Assembly: GCA_047495785.1 (NCBI GenBank)
Contig: JBLDXI010000042.1
Location: forward strand, 2,294,001-2,358,000
Source: Lepidodermella squamata
Lineage: Eukaryota; Animalia; Gastrotricha
Direction: 5' to 3'
DNA length: 64,000 bases
Every line of letters starts with the position of its first letter. Positions within the stretch are counted from its first letter, which is position 1. A program made the position numbers and the translations under genes. Of this stretch, positions 42,601 to 54,960 are shown in pieces. The notes below the pieces were generated by a model. The model was not told the origin of the DNA, did not search any database, and worked only from the letters and a program-made list of their open reading frames with translations.

Positions 42601-43799
42601 CTCGCTTTCACCCGAAGATTTGGAATATGGTTGGTCGGGTTATGTCCAAGCTTCCTCGAACTGACAACCTTCAGGTAGCTTGGCATAAGGCTTTCGCTCA
42701 TTGCCTCGACATCAAACACCCTACGTTGTTCACCCTGGTCAAGGCCATCCGCAAGGAACAGGACCTCATGGAACAGAAGCTGCAGCAGTACGAAGACGGG
42801 AAATCAATCGCCCGATACACTAATAAAAGTCCTTACGTTGCTGCTAACAACGCTCTGCTGAAAATAGTTCCCACTTTTCATAGCCGCCAGTTGCTGAATT
42901 TTTTAGATTCAGTTAATCAGTGGATTAACTGCAAGGTTTAAATCGTTTGAATAGTGCGATGAGAGATGTGTAAAAATAAAGTAAAACGATGAGAGATGTG
43001 TAAAATAATGCTCGCTATTTCCATGAGGTCTTAATCCCGCTAATACGCGCACGCATTTATTTGGCAGTTTAGTCGCTCGCCCTTTCGTCGCCGCTATTAT
43101 GACGGCGTCCCCTCGTTTTCAAGGCAGAGGTTTGGGCTTGGTTGTTATAAATATAGGGCAGTGCCTTCTAATTCGGATTTTACGGTATTCCGATAAGTCG
43201 GATGGTTCAAGTTAAAAAGAAAGTTATTGTTAATCCGATGATTTTAAGTTCCTTCATTTCGAATTTTGCAACTCAAACATACCCGGTTTAAAGGGGACCG
43301 AATGTTGACATAACCAGCATTTCTCCGCATACCGTCTTTCGGTACGGTCGTATCTAGGTACCCGCTGAGCACCGCCTTATTGTGCTCACCGACTTTCCAA
43401 CTCGCGTGGCTGAAACCGTCGCCATTATCGCGGTCAACGGTCATTACCCAGTTATCAACAGTTTCAGGGTCGTTGAATTTCCACAGCATCTGAAAATCAC
43501 CGTGTTCCATCTTTTCCCAAAACGGATGCGTAGAATACCGATCTTGATATAAATATTTTTCCTTCAATTCACGGCCATACATAGCGAGCTCTGTCTATCG
43601 TGAGAAAATGTTAAAATTTCGAGATTAATTTAGTACGGGCAATTACTTTGATCATTTTAGCCCCACGCCAAAAATGCCACGACAACGGTTTCGGGTCACG
43701 ACTCTTTTTATCTGGCACCCAGGCAATCAATTCTTGTCGATTCAGCGACGCAGCCAGCGAGAAATTGCGTCGAATTAGTAAGCAGCCAGCGCAGTTCAT
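39664..43799 (-). CDS. NDUFAF1: Complex I assembly factor CIA30, 290 aa; exons 43799-43647, 43594-43283, 40071-39664
   Basis: WVMTVDRDNGDGFS, LSGYLDTTVPKDG...[44 protein letters not shown].IQ and GPFKLELDW. Confidence 0.93.
40620..40960 (+). mobile_element. pogo/Tigger (DDE_1) transposase remnant
   Basis: GVNMIIFPGG/TIKYLQAPGIVWNRPFKAR (frameshifted) and FKQCTITIILDGSEDCEISCIKP. Confidence 0.7.
40990..41800 (+). mobile_element. MULE/SWIM-type transposase remnant
   Basis: DNGKTAVAALAMLETESDENVRAAFEFLK, PTIFLVDK, VF..CFILLCTW and NWLNCYRRWVKFHR fragments, with stops and frameshifts. Confidence 0.6.
41990..43185 (-). mobile_element. Terminal segment of the 53844-54321 MITE family, split by the Mutator-like insertion
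   Basis: The reverse complement of 43112-43185 begins ccgtaaaatccgaattagaaggcactgccctatattt, identical to 53844 onward. 41990-42032 continues the alignment. Confidence 0.75.
42033..43111 (+). mobile_element. Internally deleted Mutator-like element with degenerate long TIRs, AT-hook N-terminus and transposase C-terminus (42435-42941)
   Basis: Left ggcgtcattatggcacgcgacgaaa...aaataaacgcgtgcg versus right reverse complement gccgtcataatagcggcgacgaaa...aaataaatgcgtgcg. KKKRGRPPKK; YDYFEEFYVG...IWNM...PRTDNLQVAWH...HPTLFTLVKAIRKEQ. ctcgtt occurs on both flanks. Confidence 0.75.
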
Positions 43800-43859
43800 T
43801 TCTTTTCGACCTAATCAACAAACGTGATAACAATTGCGTAAACAACCCATTACTACACA

Positions 43860-44117
43860 TCACACCTTTGCGCTGAAAGAGAGAATATCAGCAGTTCTTA
43901 GTAGCGCTGAGGGGTAAATAAACGCCGGAGTTTCGAGGCAGGAAACGGCCAAGTTGTTGAAATTTGTATTTGCAGCGACAAATTGCGACTTCACTTCCTG
44001 GTTGTCGTACAAAACAATGTCAATTTGCTTTCCCTGCACAGCTTTCAGTGCAGTTAGAAATCTATAACGCAGTTCCGACGCGGCCTCTTGAGCTTTCAAC
44101 AAGTTATTTTCACTCAT
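43860..44117 (-). CDS. GEMIN7: Gemin7 (SMN complex, Sm-like fold), 85 aa
   Basis: QEAASELRYRFLTAL...V.SQFVA.N....NLAVSCLETPAFIYPSALLRTADILSFS. The ORF-track 5' extension is probably a 51-nt 5'UTR intron (44173-44123). Confidence 0.88.
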   Translation of the reverse strand: MSENNLLKAQEAASELRYRFLTALKAVQGKQIDIVLYDNQEVKSQFVAANTNFNNLAVSCLETPAFIYPSALLRTADILSFSAKV

Positions 44118-44495
44118 AAACACTAGGTACGAAAAAAACAAGGCAACTGTGATTAAAAATCCAGGTCCCATACTTTAATTCTGCTTCAAAACTTGTACAG
44201 AAAAGTGAGATTGCAGACGCGAAAATACCACGCGAGAAAAACAGAAAAAAATACGCAGCTAAAACGTATAACAATTATGCCCAAATTACTGGGTAGAAAA
44301 ATTGGTCAAACACTGTAATTTTTCTCGAGGATTTAGGTACAAAAATTTAGATCGGTCACAACGCGTCATGCTGTGTTTTTCTCATTATATAGAAAGATAT
44401 CCGGGCATTCACATTCAAAGAGATAAAGGATTGTTCGATTCTTCACACTTAAACCAGATATTAGCAACAAAACAATCATTACACTGAAAAGATCG

Positions 44496-45743
44496 TCAAC
44501 GGGCAGGCGGTATAAAAACATAAGGAGATGGCCGAGTGTTGTTATTGCTGTTTGGTATCATATTGACGAAAGAGCTTTGCTGAGCGGGTTCGTACAAATA
44601 AGCCGAACCGCCGGCGTTGCGTTGATTCATAGGGCGAAGAGGAATGTTTTCCGACAATTGTTGCGAATAATGAGCCGCACTGGACTGCTGCTGTTGTTCC
44701 GGCCCTACAACAGCCATTCTGAACGAGTCCATGCTTCGTAGAGTGGCGTTAGTACCCGTTGTGTGCGGACTAACCTGATAGTGCATCGGAATATCGTTGC
44801 CGCTTTGGCTAGGAATCCAAGCGGATGAAGTAAAAACTGCAGGATTAGGCTGGTTAGACATCAAAGGTCTCCGGTCATTGAGCGATTCGGTCGATAAATC
44901 GACGGGAACAGTACCATTGAGCGGGCGGTGAATAGGCTGACTTGGAGGCAAGTAATTACCCTGCCGGGGAGGACCGTTTAACACTCCCTCTCTAGAATCA
45001 GGTCGGAAAGATTCAACGGAAAGAGCATCAACAACGTTCCCTCTTGATTGAGCATTTCTGTAACCAGGTTGACGACTTTTAAATACTTCTGGCTGTTCAA
45101 ATGTAAAACGCTCGCCGCGACTGTCGTACATGCTAGCTTCCAGTCGTAAATCAGGCAAGGACTTGGAGCTGTGTAAACTAGTCGCGGCCGTGACAGCACA
45201 TATAAATGCGCACAGCGACAACAAAATTTGAAGACTAGCTTGTAAAACTTCGACCCAGTAATATGGGAAAATACAATCGATGGTTATTTGATCAGATCTT
45301 GGAATCAGAACTTCGGTGGTCGTTGAAACTGGAAACTGTGATGTTTTGCTGAAGGAAGTCGAGTTTTGGATCTGCGGCTTATTGCCAGCTAAAATAGGGC
45401 CGCACAAAAAGCTGAACCACCAGCTTCTTTCCGAGTCGACAAGACTTAGCACCGATGAATTTTCACGTTGCAGTGAGCCGATTTCCAGGTAAAAGCATAT
45501 GACGAAAATGTTGAATGATAGATATAGCACACTCCACACGACGTAGCAGACAACAAAAACAAATCGCCGCTGTAGTGATCCGAAAACTCCGAGCAGGGCG
45601 AAAATCAGGTTTAGGAAGTTGAAAAGGATTAAAGCATATTGAAATCCGAGAAAGTCAAATACAAGCCGCTGCACCGTTGTGATAAGCTGAACAACACAAA
45701 AGAAGACAAGCGCCACCGAGGCGCCACCAATAGTAGCTGTCAT
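44496..45743 (-). CDS. NKAIN: Na/K-ATPase-interacting protein with long disordered C-tail, intronless CDS
   Basis: VQLITTVQRLVFDFLGFQYALILFNFL...LGVFG..QRR, FNIFVICFYLEIGSL, SWW, CIFPYYWVEVLQASLQILL. Confidence 0.9.
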   Translation of the reverse strand: MTATIGGASVALVFFCVVQLITTVQRLVFDFLGFQYALILFNFLNLIFALLGVFGSLQRRFVFVVCYVVWSVLYLSFNIFVICFYLEIGSLQRENSSVLSLVDSERSWWFSFLCGPILAGNKPQIQNSTSFSKTSQFPVSTTTEVLIPRSDQITIDCIFPYYWVEVLQASLQILLSLCAFICAVTAATSLHSSKSLPDLRLEASMYDSRGERFTFEQPEVFKSRQPGYRNAQSRGNVVDALSVESFRPDSREGVLNGPPRQGNYLPPSQPIHRPLNGTVPVDLSTESLNDRRPLMSNQPNPAVFTSSAWIPSQSGNDIPMHYQVSPHTTGTNATLRSMDSFRMAVVGPEQQQQSSAAHYSQQLSENIPLRPMNQRNAGGSAYLYEPAQQSSFVNMIPNSNNNTRPSPYVFIPPAR

Positions 45744-46208
45744 AATCAGCTTCGTAAACGATGATTACTCATCACTATCCACTAATATGATAAACTTCCA
45801 TCTACATCGAGAAAAATTAAACAAAATAAACAATACCTGAAAGGAGGACGTAAAATAAAACTCATTCATTTGGTCATATGGACAGATTTGAAACTTGAGC
45901 TGAATGTCTCGCCTCGGCGTACATTAATTTTAATTTTTTGAAAACGGTTATAGCTGGGAAGACTTGAAAGCCAAAAATATTCCCATCAACAGAAAACGCA
46001 TCCAGAGGCAAAGGGCCAAAGGCCAGGTTGCAGGTTGCGAGCATTCATGCTGCTATCTTGGCGTTTGGAGTTAGCCTGCTTTCAACACTTATTTGATGTT
46101 TGAGATCATCAAAACTGACGAATTGCATTCCGGTCTCAAGCAGAACGGGCACTGCTCTCAAGTCCCAAGTCAGCAAAACCTTACGGATTTTGCCCAATCC
46201 CATCGCCT

Positions 46209-47161
46209 TGTTGATATTTAGTTTAAAGAGTCAAGAATATCGGCACGTGACCCCGCACGTTGCCCGTTGCTATCACGTTTCCTTTTCTGATGCTCTGAAC
46301 TATATAAACGCTGATTCTGTACATAATATATTGTTCGCCTAGTTTCCACTAACCATCTGTTTTCTATCCTAGACTTTGATCAACTACCAACCGCTTGGTT
46401 CTAACAGGTTGTGGACCTCAAAGGCGAACCTTTGATTCTAGAAAGCAGCGAAGACTGGAATAATTGGTGGCTACGCATCCGCCTTCGCCTTCAACAAGCC
46501 GGATTGCTAGATCTGGTAACAGGCGACGAAGTTTTCGATGATGAAAATGCCACCGTAGAAGAAGAAAACGCTTTTCTATCTCGACAAAGAGAAGCTCTGA
46601 TTCTGCTCTCGGACCACATCTGCAAGAAACTAACTCACTTCCTCAAGTCATGCAACGACGATCCTGCTATCGTCTATACTCGTCTGAAGGCCCAATTCTC
46701 CCCAGGAATCGGAGGCACACATCTGCATGTGGCGTGACGAGTTGCATACCATGGTCAAAGCAAACAACGAAAGCATCGACTCATATTTCACTCGCTTTTC
46801 AAACATCGTCCAAAACCTGGAAACCGTCGAAATCGTCTACTCAGATTCTGAACTAATCAACGCTCTGTTTCGCGGCCTCCGAAACACTGACTACTACTCG
46901 CTAAAAGACATCATCATGTTCGGAAACCGTGACATCAAGCTCGACGATGTTCAAGCAGCACTTCGCAACCATGATCTGAACCGTCCATCAACTACAGTTC
47001 GCTCGACCTCGAATCCCAGTTCGGGCAACGACGGCGAACAGAAGGCAATTAAAGCGCAAGTCAGAGGCGGTCGCAGACATCAAAAAAATTCGCCTAGTTT
47101 CCACTAACCATCTGTTTTCTTTCCTAGACTTTGATCAACTACCAACCGCTTGGTTCTAACA
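46209..47161 (+). mobile_element. Ty1/copia LTR retrotransposon deletion derivative: 198-bp 5' LTR (46209-46406), PBS, frameshifted gag, only the last 73 bp of the 3' LTR (47089-47161)
   Basis: TG...CA ends; 5-bp TSD cgcct at 46204-08 and 47162-66; PBS ggttgtggacc resembling copia ggttatgggcc; UBN2-like gag (WNNWWLRIRLRLQQAGLLDLVTG, ESIDSYFTRF, LFRGL). Confidence 0.9.
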
Positions 47162-49410
47162 CGCCTATCATTGGACCATTGGAATATGGATGGTGGAAGG
47201 AAGCAAATACATATAGGCTCTATTAATGAAGTTTCAAGTTTCAGAAACGCAAGGGAGCGTCATAATGGAGCCCTTGCAATGCTGGTTTTCTAGCCTGACA
47301 TAATTATTCTGTTCAAAAGCCGGAAGAGCATCAATTCAGGTCGTCATTCAGGTTTCAGGTTTAGGAACCACAAACGGATCAACGTTCAACGATCAGACTT
47401 CAGGCTTCAGGCTTCAGACGCTTCACAAGAAGAGCGAATGGCTAAAAATGCATGAGGCTGTGCACATAAACCATAAACCTATGCAAAAGAATAGGCATCA
47501 TTGTTCACAAGCATAACGCATAACCTAACGCATAACAGTAGCTTCGATTTGGTGCACTCTCTCGCGGTCCGCGGTCGACTTGGGAGTCCAAAAAGTGGAA
47601 CCCCCGAACGCCGCCGGCACCGCGACACCCTTCATCTTGAGAAAATTATTTTAATTATTTATCATATGTAACAGCATATGACCTCATGAAGTTTCGTTAT
47701 CGATACACTTGATTTGTTTCTTAATTAATTTGATTATCAAATAGGCTGATATAATATCACCTGTTAATCATGTTCATTTTTTCTTTAGTCTTAACGCTTT
47801 CTAGCCTCATCCGTTGGGAAAAAGGGTCAAATTGCAACCATTTTTTATTTGCCCTTCTTATTCATCGGTGCCTCATAATCTATTCATAGTGTATTCATTC
47901 ATGTATAATCGACCGGTGTGTAATAGTTTTGGTGGAGGCTTTCTCATTTTTATTCATCATTTTGACCGTCATTCCCAAATCTGAGATGTGACTGATTTTG
48001 CTGTCATTACTGTTTCATTGCCATGGTTGATACTATCTATTATCTATCATTCATCATCTATGAGTATATACATTTTACTTCTTTCTTCTTTCTTTATCAG
48101 ATTTCTTAGTTTTGAAAGAATTCATTATAAATCTGTAAGCTAGACTGAGCACCTATTTGTTACTTGGAAGCTCCCGCAACTCAAGCAACATTAAATCAAA
48201 ATATGAATAATCAATAATGCATACAATTTATTATAAATTTGCAGACTGTATGATCCCCTTGAGCAAGGTGTCATTATCTACCACCTACCACGAACCCTGG
48301 TTGTAAATAATTTTAATTGCCCATGCATTGGGGTTGTGTTGTTTGGAGTTTCTGCATTGAGCATTACAGTTTATATAAAATGCCAATCACTGGTTCAATA
48401 AGCTCCCTATGTTTTATTTTCCATTTTTTGGTACAAGTAGACTCAGTTCTTTGGGTCAGAAACCATAGTTTTTGACCCTGTCTTTTCGTTTGATATTGAT
48501 TGAGGTATCAGGTATCGGGAGTGACTTTTTTCATCAGACACATGTTTTCTTTCATTACACTGGTGTCTTACTTCCTTATTTCACCCGACAACCTAAAATT
48601 TGACATAAAATACCCGGCAACAGTTCTCACTCGAAACCAAGTTTCACTGAATCTTAGCAAATTTTGGAACTTCAACGACTCGGGGACCGTAGATATTAAG
48701 TAATTATAAGACATAGCTCTGACGAAGAAAGTTTTTTCGAGATATCCCAATCAAAAAGTGACTCGAAAACTTTTCAACACCGTTACTGAACCTTGAACAA
48801 ATCATCCGCTGTCATTTTTGGTTGTCGGTCCACTGCAAAATTTGGAAACTTCATGCTACCTCTTGAATAGTTGGAGCTTGAACGTGCTGATCGCTTCAAT
48901 AGCTCATTGACTCTTGGTATTTCTTTGTATCAACATTTCTACGTGAAAGAAAGCGCCTTAAAATACTGTCCTAGGGACTAAAGGTACGTGTTTTTGACCA
49001 CTATCTCTTGTTCTGAAGGAACGCTATACTCCGTGGGCGTTGCCTAATTTTTTGCCGATTACCCGTTTCCAAGCCTTAATTTTGCACTAAAAATGATAGC
49101 AATTTGTTGTTGTATTTGATTTTCACCTGAGTGGAGATAAGAAAAAATAAATACGGAACATTCTTCTATAGATAAGCCACACCGCTTGCCAGTGTCGACA
49201 TGCGATTTTTAGCCTTCATTTAGTTATCTCTGAGGAGATAAGCGTCACACCGCCGGCCTTTCTGGCTCTTCTTGTCATTCATTGTCAAAATGCCATAGCA
49301 CATTTTGAGTGCTACCTGTTCTTTTAGCTGTGGTAATATTTTAATTTGTAATTTTTGATAGATTTTAACATCCAATAGCATAAATTATCCAATCGACGTG
49401 AACAAGTATT

Positions 49411-51874
49411 ATGGGACTTCTGTCGGCTGGCGAACCTCTGACATGGGAGGAGACTAAAAAACTTGCCGATTTCATCAAGGAACATGGCATCCAGCAATTT
49501 ATCAACGTCTACAATCGCCATCGCTTGGTGAAGCGGGATTGCCTCCGATGGGGAGACGAGGTCAGTTTTCGATGCAGTTAACCTATCTTCGTGTCTGCGA
49601 ATTCCTTCCCATGTGTAATAATAATTTACCCCCTCTCCAATACGAATGTTCCCAATTATTTGCCTACGGCTGCTTCTTTATTTGAGGCAGTTTTTTTTAC
49701 ATCTATCACGTGCTGTGCAACTGCCCGGCAAATATTTGCTCTCAACTAACGTTGTTATGTAAACTCGTTAACTCGCATAGGCGCGGTTTTCTATACACAC
49801 TTGTAAAACACCGTTTTTCATTCTCGTTTCAGATCGAGTATACACTTGTGCGGTTCGATAGAGTGAACAAAAGAGTCCAAGCTAACCTGCGAGGCTCAGA
49901 ACTACTGCCAATTCTCGCCAAGCTAAAGTATGTTTGCTTAGTTTAAACATCGATGTGTTTGATGTAAATGAGTCGTCCTATTCTAGTGTGAACAAATCTG
50001 ACTGGAAGCCAGAATATGCTGACTACATGTTGGAAGGCACCCCATACCTGCCGTATGGCGGCGGCAGTCGAGATTTCAGCCAGGTTGAGGAGAATATGGC
50101 GCAGCGGCGGCGGTCTGTCGAGGCTTTACTCGGCGAAGATGAGGCTGTGTTGACTATTCCAGCCTTTCCTCGGATCGGGCTTCCCGGTTTCACCTACCCG
50201 GAAGTTGCCCCAACTCCAGAAAATTCCGTTTCGGGTTCGCTGTTTTTCCCGGATCGGGCTATTTTCCCCGAACATCCTCGTTTTGGTCTCTTGACTCAAA
50301 ATATCAGACGGAGAAGGGGGCGGAAAATCGCCATAAATATCCCGATTTTCAAGGATGAAAAAACCCCGAAAAATATGTTTGTCGAAGACCCTGAAAAGTT
50401 CTATGATGAAGAGGCGAAAAAGGCCGCGAAGCCTGATCACGTCTATATGGACGCGATGGGTTTCGGCATGGGCCTATGCTGTCTTCAGGTTACTTTCCAA
50501 GCAGTCGACATCGACGAAGCTCGTTATTTGTATGATCAACTGGCGAATATTTGCCCAATTATGATGGCATTGAGCGCGGGTACTCCGGTTTTACGCGGTG
50601 TTTTGACCGCCACGGACACCCGTTGGCAGGTGATTTCGGCCGCTGTAGATGACCGGACGTTGGAGGAAAGCGGTGAAGAGCCGCAGACATCAGCGAGATT
50701 CCGATTCCCGAAATCGCGCTACGACTCAATCGACAGCTATTTGAGCCCGATGGGCGCGCCATTTTCCGACTTGGACCCGTTCCCGGTCGAGCCTGGCTTC
50801 TACGCGCAGCTGACTCAGGCTGGTGTTGATTGCATCTTAGCCAGCCATATTGCCCATTTATTTTGCCGCGACCCTCTCACGGCGTACCGCGAGAAAATTC
50901 ACCAGAACGACGCGGTCGATACGGACCATTTCGAAAATATCCAGTCGACAAACTGGCAAACGCTTCGTTTCAAGCCACCCCCGCCACAGCCGCAACTCGA
51001 CCCGTTAACCAGCAGCGCGTGTAACCCGGAAAATGACCCGACGAAAACGAACCGCATCGGCTGGCGAGTAGAGTTCAGGCCTATGGAAATTCAATTCACG
51101 GATTTCGAAAACGCGGCTTTGACCGTTTTTGTCGTTCTTTTAACCCGAGTTATCATTTCGTTCCGGCTTAATTTTGTAATTCCGCTCAGTCGCGTTGATG
51201 AGAATTTGCGGCGGGGTCATAAGGCAAATGCGGTGACTGAGGAAAAGTTCTATTTTCGGACAAATGTTTTCACCAAGAATACTCCGCCCGAGGCGAAGCG
51301 GTGTTGTGAAGAGAATATGAATAAGCCGAATCAAACGAGGTGTTGTTCGGCTGAGGAGATTCGAATTGCGAACGAAAACTGCCGAATCGCCGAGTTGACC
51401 ATCGATCAAGTCGTGAATGGCTGTGAAGAGTTCACAGGTTTAGTCCCGCTGGCGAAAAGCTACCTCGCTGCTATCGACTGCGACGTGGAGACGCGGCGAA
51501 AAGTCTCCGTGTATCTCGATCTCATTTCCGGCCGCGCCACCGGTCGCTACAAGACTAACGCCCGGTGGATGCGTGATTTTATCCACTCGCACCCTGACTA
51601 TCACCGCGACTCGCGCGTCTCCGAACTCGTTCAATATGACATGCTAGAGCAAATCACGGCGATTTCGCGGCAACAAGTCACTGATAAGACACTACATCCG
51701 CTCGGGGCTTATTTTCAACGCCAGCCATCATCGGCTAATAACAGCTGCTCGGTCAGCCGGACCGCTTCAGTTTCAGCCGGCAGCGGCATGACAGCAGCAG
51801 CGACTGGCGATACTATGACCCCCGAACAACAAGACGACTTATTAGCTCGTCTAGTAAATGGCGTTTCCACCTGA
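49411..51874 (+). CDS. GCLC: Glutamate-cysteine ligase catalytic subunit; exons 49411-49560, 49833-49927, 49987-51874
   Basis: MGLLSAGEPLTWEETK, LRWGDEIEY, WKPEYADYMLEGTP, YMDAMGFGMGLCCLQVTFQ, HFENIQSTNWQTLRFKPPP, IGWRVEFRPME. Confidence 0.97.
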
Positions 51875-53843
51875 AAAGACAGTATTTCCCCCCTTAATTT
51901 CCATTTCTTTCTCGAAAAATTCACCAAGCGACAGCGAGTCATATCACAAAAAGATGGGCATGAAGCCAATTTAAGATAAGTCTATATTTAAACTTGAGAT
52001 AAACCAGCGGTCTTGGCGGATTTTTCGGGAAATGTTGTGGTGAAATTATAAACAACAAAACAATCTGGACTCGCGTGTCTTACATGCTTGAGGAAACGAG
52101 TATAACGAAATCAATGAATTCAAATTCGCTTCACTTCTTGACTACACTTTATTATGCACAGCAAAATTGTTGTTGATTTCGGCTAGTGTTGGCTGAAACA
52201 CTCAATCTCGTGTTTTATTTAGGCTGCTATTCCAATTCTTTTAATCACATAAATGTCATTCTCTCTCGCTGTTTTCTTCAAGTCTCGTATCTCTACTCCG
52301 GTTTTTTGTCTGCCGAGCTTTGCGTTGTATCGGCGATTTCTGCCCTGTGTGGCTCTTCATTCGGATAAAATAATTATTTTTTTGCTATTGTTCGTACACC
52401 ACCACAGTCAGGAAGCAATAATGTAATTTTTAATCTGCGGGAAAGAGCGGATTCGTGTAATTCTTGAATATATATTAGTAAAATCTAATAGTCTGAGAAA
52501 TCCCTGGGAATCAATCTTGTGCGAGTGTGTAATGATGATTATGCCTATATATATATTGATGAAAGCCACGTTATTTTTTATAATGAATTACTTTCTTTCT
52601 CTTCTTTCACATATTTCATCCGACTCTGTATGTTGTTTTTTACCCTGCGGTGAAAGACGTTCATACGAGCGGTTATTTTGACTGGTTGGAAAATGAAAAA
52701 GCTTTGATTTCTCGACGTGATCTATCCAGACTCGGTGTTCTCTGCTTCTCTTCAGCGCTTTATTATTCGTCACTTTTTTGCTGAAAGGAAACCTGAAGAA
52801 ATTAGCAACGGTTGTTCGAAGTTGATTCGCCATGTTGTATCGTATTCGAGTGAGAAAAATATATGTATATCAGCCGTTGTGAAAGAGAAAACCTGGCCGT
52901 GTTTATTTTTCTGCTATAAAATGCGTAATATATTTATAATGTCGCTTGAAAAAAATCCCCTTGAAATAGTTTCCTTTCTTTCATAGCTTTAACACAAATT
53001 TCCTCGAAGTAAGGCTTAGTTTCACGTGGCAATGCATCAAAAATATCCCGGCTTCTATGCACACGAATTGATTTGAAATTTGAACCACGGTGAATAAACC
53101 TATATTTAATATATACTGTTAGATTCCGCGTCATGAGATAAGGTGAGAACAGGCGAGAGAAACGAATTAGTCGATAAAATTCTGCGGGTGCATCTCGTAC
53201 GGTCCGCTATCATGGTTAAAAATGCGCTTGTGATTATTGATTCTCTATCATATTATTAATTATTATTATAATTGGCTGATGATTTTTAATGATTACATGT
53301 ATGAAACAATGGAATTACTGATGATGATTACAGATCTTGACATCCTCGCTACGTTGTTCTACCGAATAGATGAAATGAAAGAAAATAAATTTGAATAGTT
53401 TTCTCACTTGTGCACCGTGTTCGTGCATTTTTTGCGCGGACGGAAGTACAGGCGTTTGTTTTACAAGAAATCGATGCGAGAGAAGCCGCTCAATTAGTCG
53501 CTGCGATGAGAGCTTTATCGAATTTCATTACAGCCGCTAATCATAATAAAGTCGACTGAATAAATTAAGGTGGACTGAAAACCGCAAAAAATACACCACT
53601 TAGGACACTCGATTTGGACAGGTGTAAATTTGAGCTCCTTGTAAATTAGAAGGTGGTAAATTTGGACAAAAGCATGGTATTCTGCTCTAGAAAATCAGAA
53701 AAACTTATAAAAATGCAGGGGGGGAGGCAAAATGGGCAAAATTCCGCAATTCTCCCAATTTTGTTACCTTGGTTTTATAAAAATGGTAGCGATTGGATAA
53801 ATTTGGACACTTGTAGGGTCATTTTGGACACCTCGTTAGCATA

Positions 53844-54321
53844 CCGTAAAATCCGAATTAGAAGGCACTGCCCTATATTTGAAACTATCGAACCCAAACC
53901 CCTGCCCTATAAACGCGACCTGCCCTGTATTTCGGGTCTGCCCTATATTTTTTAAAATGACCTCGTCCAATGGTAGCACATGAAAAATTCCTTATATTAA
54001 GGGCGCAAATTTACTATCCATTTTTGGCGTAGCCACCAACTGCTGTTACAAAATGACCCATCGCGCTCAGCGTTGTGTAAACGAATCGCGATCATTTGTT
54101 GACCCTCGGGGATTAAGGTGGATTCGCTGACGCAACAGGCAACGGGTAACCTTTAGGAGCTCGCTTCCATGCTTCATGTGAGTCATTAGTATCCGATCAA
54201 AGGGCACTGCCCTCTAAACAGGGTCTGCCCTTTATTTGTTCAAACAATCGACCTTCACCCTCTGCCTTATACACGGGCCTGCCCTCTATTTAGGTTCTGT
54301 CTTCTAATATGGATTTTACGG
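53844..54321. mobile_element. pogo-like MITE, 478 bp, TA target duplication, internal ctgccct repeats
   Basis: TIRs ccgtaaaatccgaattagaaggca and ccgtaaaatccatattagaagaca; TA on both sides; homologous end at 43185. Confidence 0.85.
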
Positions 54322-54960
54322 TATTCATAATCGTCGGGATGCGTGCAGAACTTCAAGCTTTCCTTGAAATTCCGAAAAAATTGCACACACGGTGTCAAAG
54401 AAGTGATGACGTCTTTTAAACTCGAGCTCACCTGTAAAAAATCCCAAGCACCATATGTCCCATTTTTTTTACCAGTCGACAGCTCATGGGGTCAACTACT
54501 GCTGGTAAATTTTTCAGAGCAATAGGCTTTCAGGTTGACCGGGAATAAAGGGGCCTCGAATCGACGATTTGAGAGATTCCACATTATTATTTATTACAAA
54601 ACGGGTAACTTTCAGAATACCTTTAATTTTTCTACCGTTGGAAAGCCCATCTTTCAAGGCACATCGAGGTTTGAATGGGTTTTTTCAACCTCACTGATAG
54701 AACACTCTTACGCGTAGAAGTCGTTTTGTCCAAATTTAGCCAAATTTATCCAAATTTAGCCCCCTTACGGTACCGTTTTTCGACGTTTTTTATTTGTTTC
54801 GAATTCAATTCTCATCGGTTATTCTAAAAATATTGGCACAACCATTTGTTATGGGTGAATGTATATGTATAAATGAATAAAACACATCGATGAGTGACTC
54901 TCAAGTCACTAAATAGCATTAAGCAGTTAGGTATCAGTTATACAGGCCACAAAAAATCAA

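Noticed and set aside
52588-52833. 81-aa minus-strand ORF with an ATG start
   Set aside because: No homology or convincing exon partners; cannot be supported, though not excluded.
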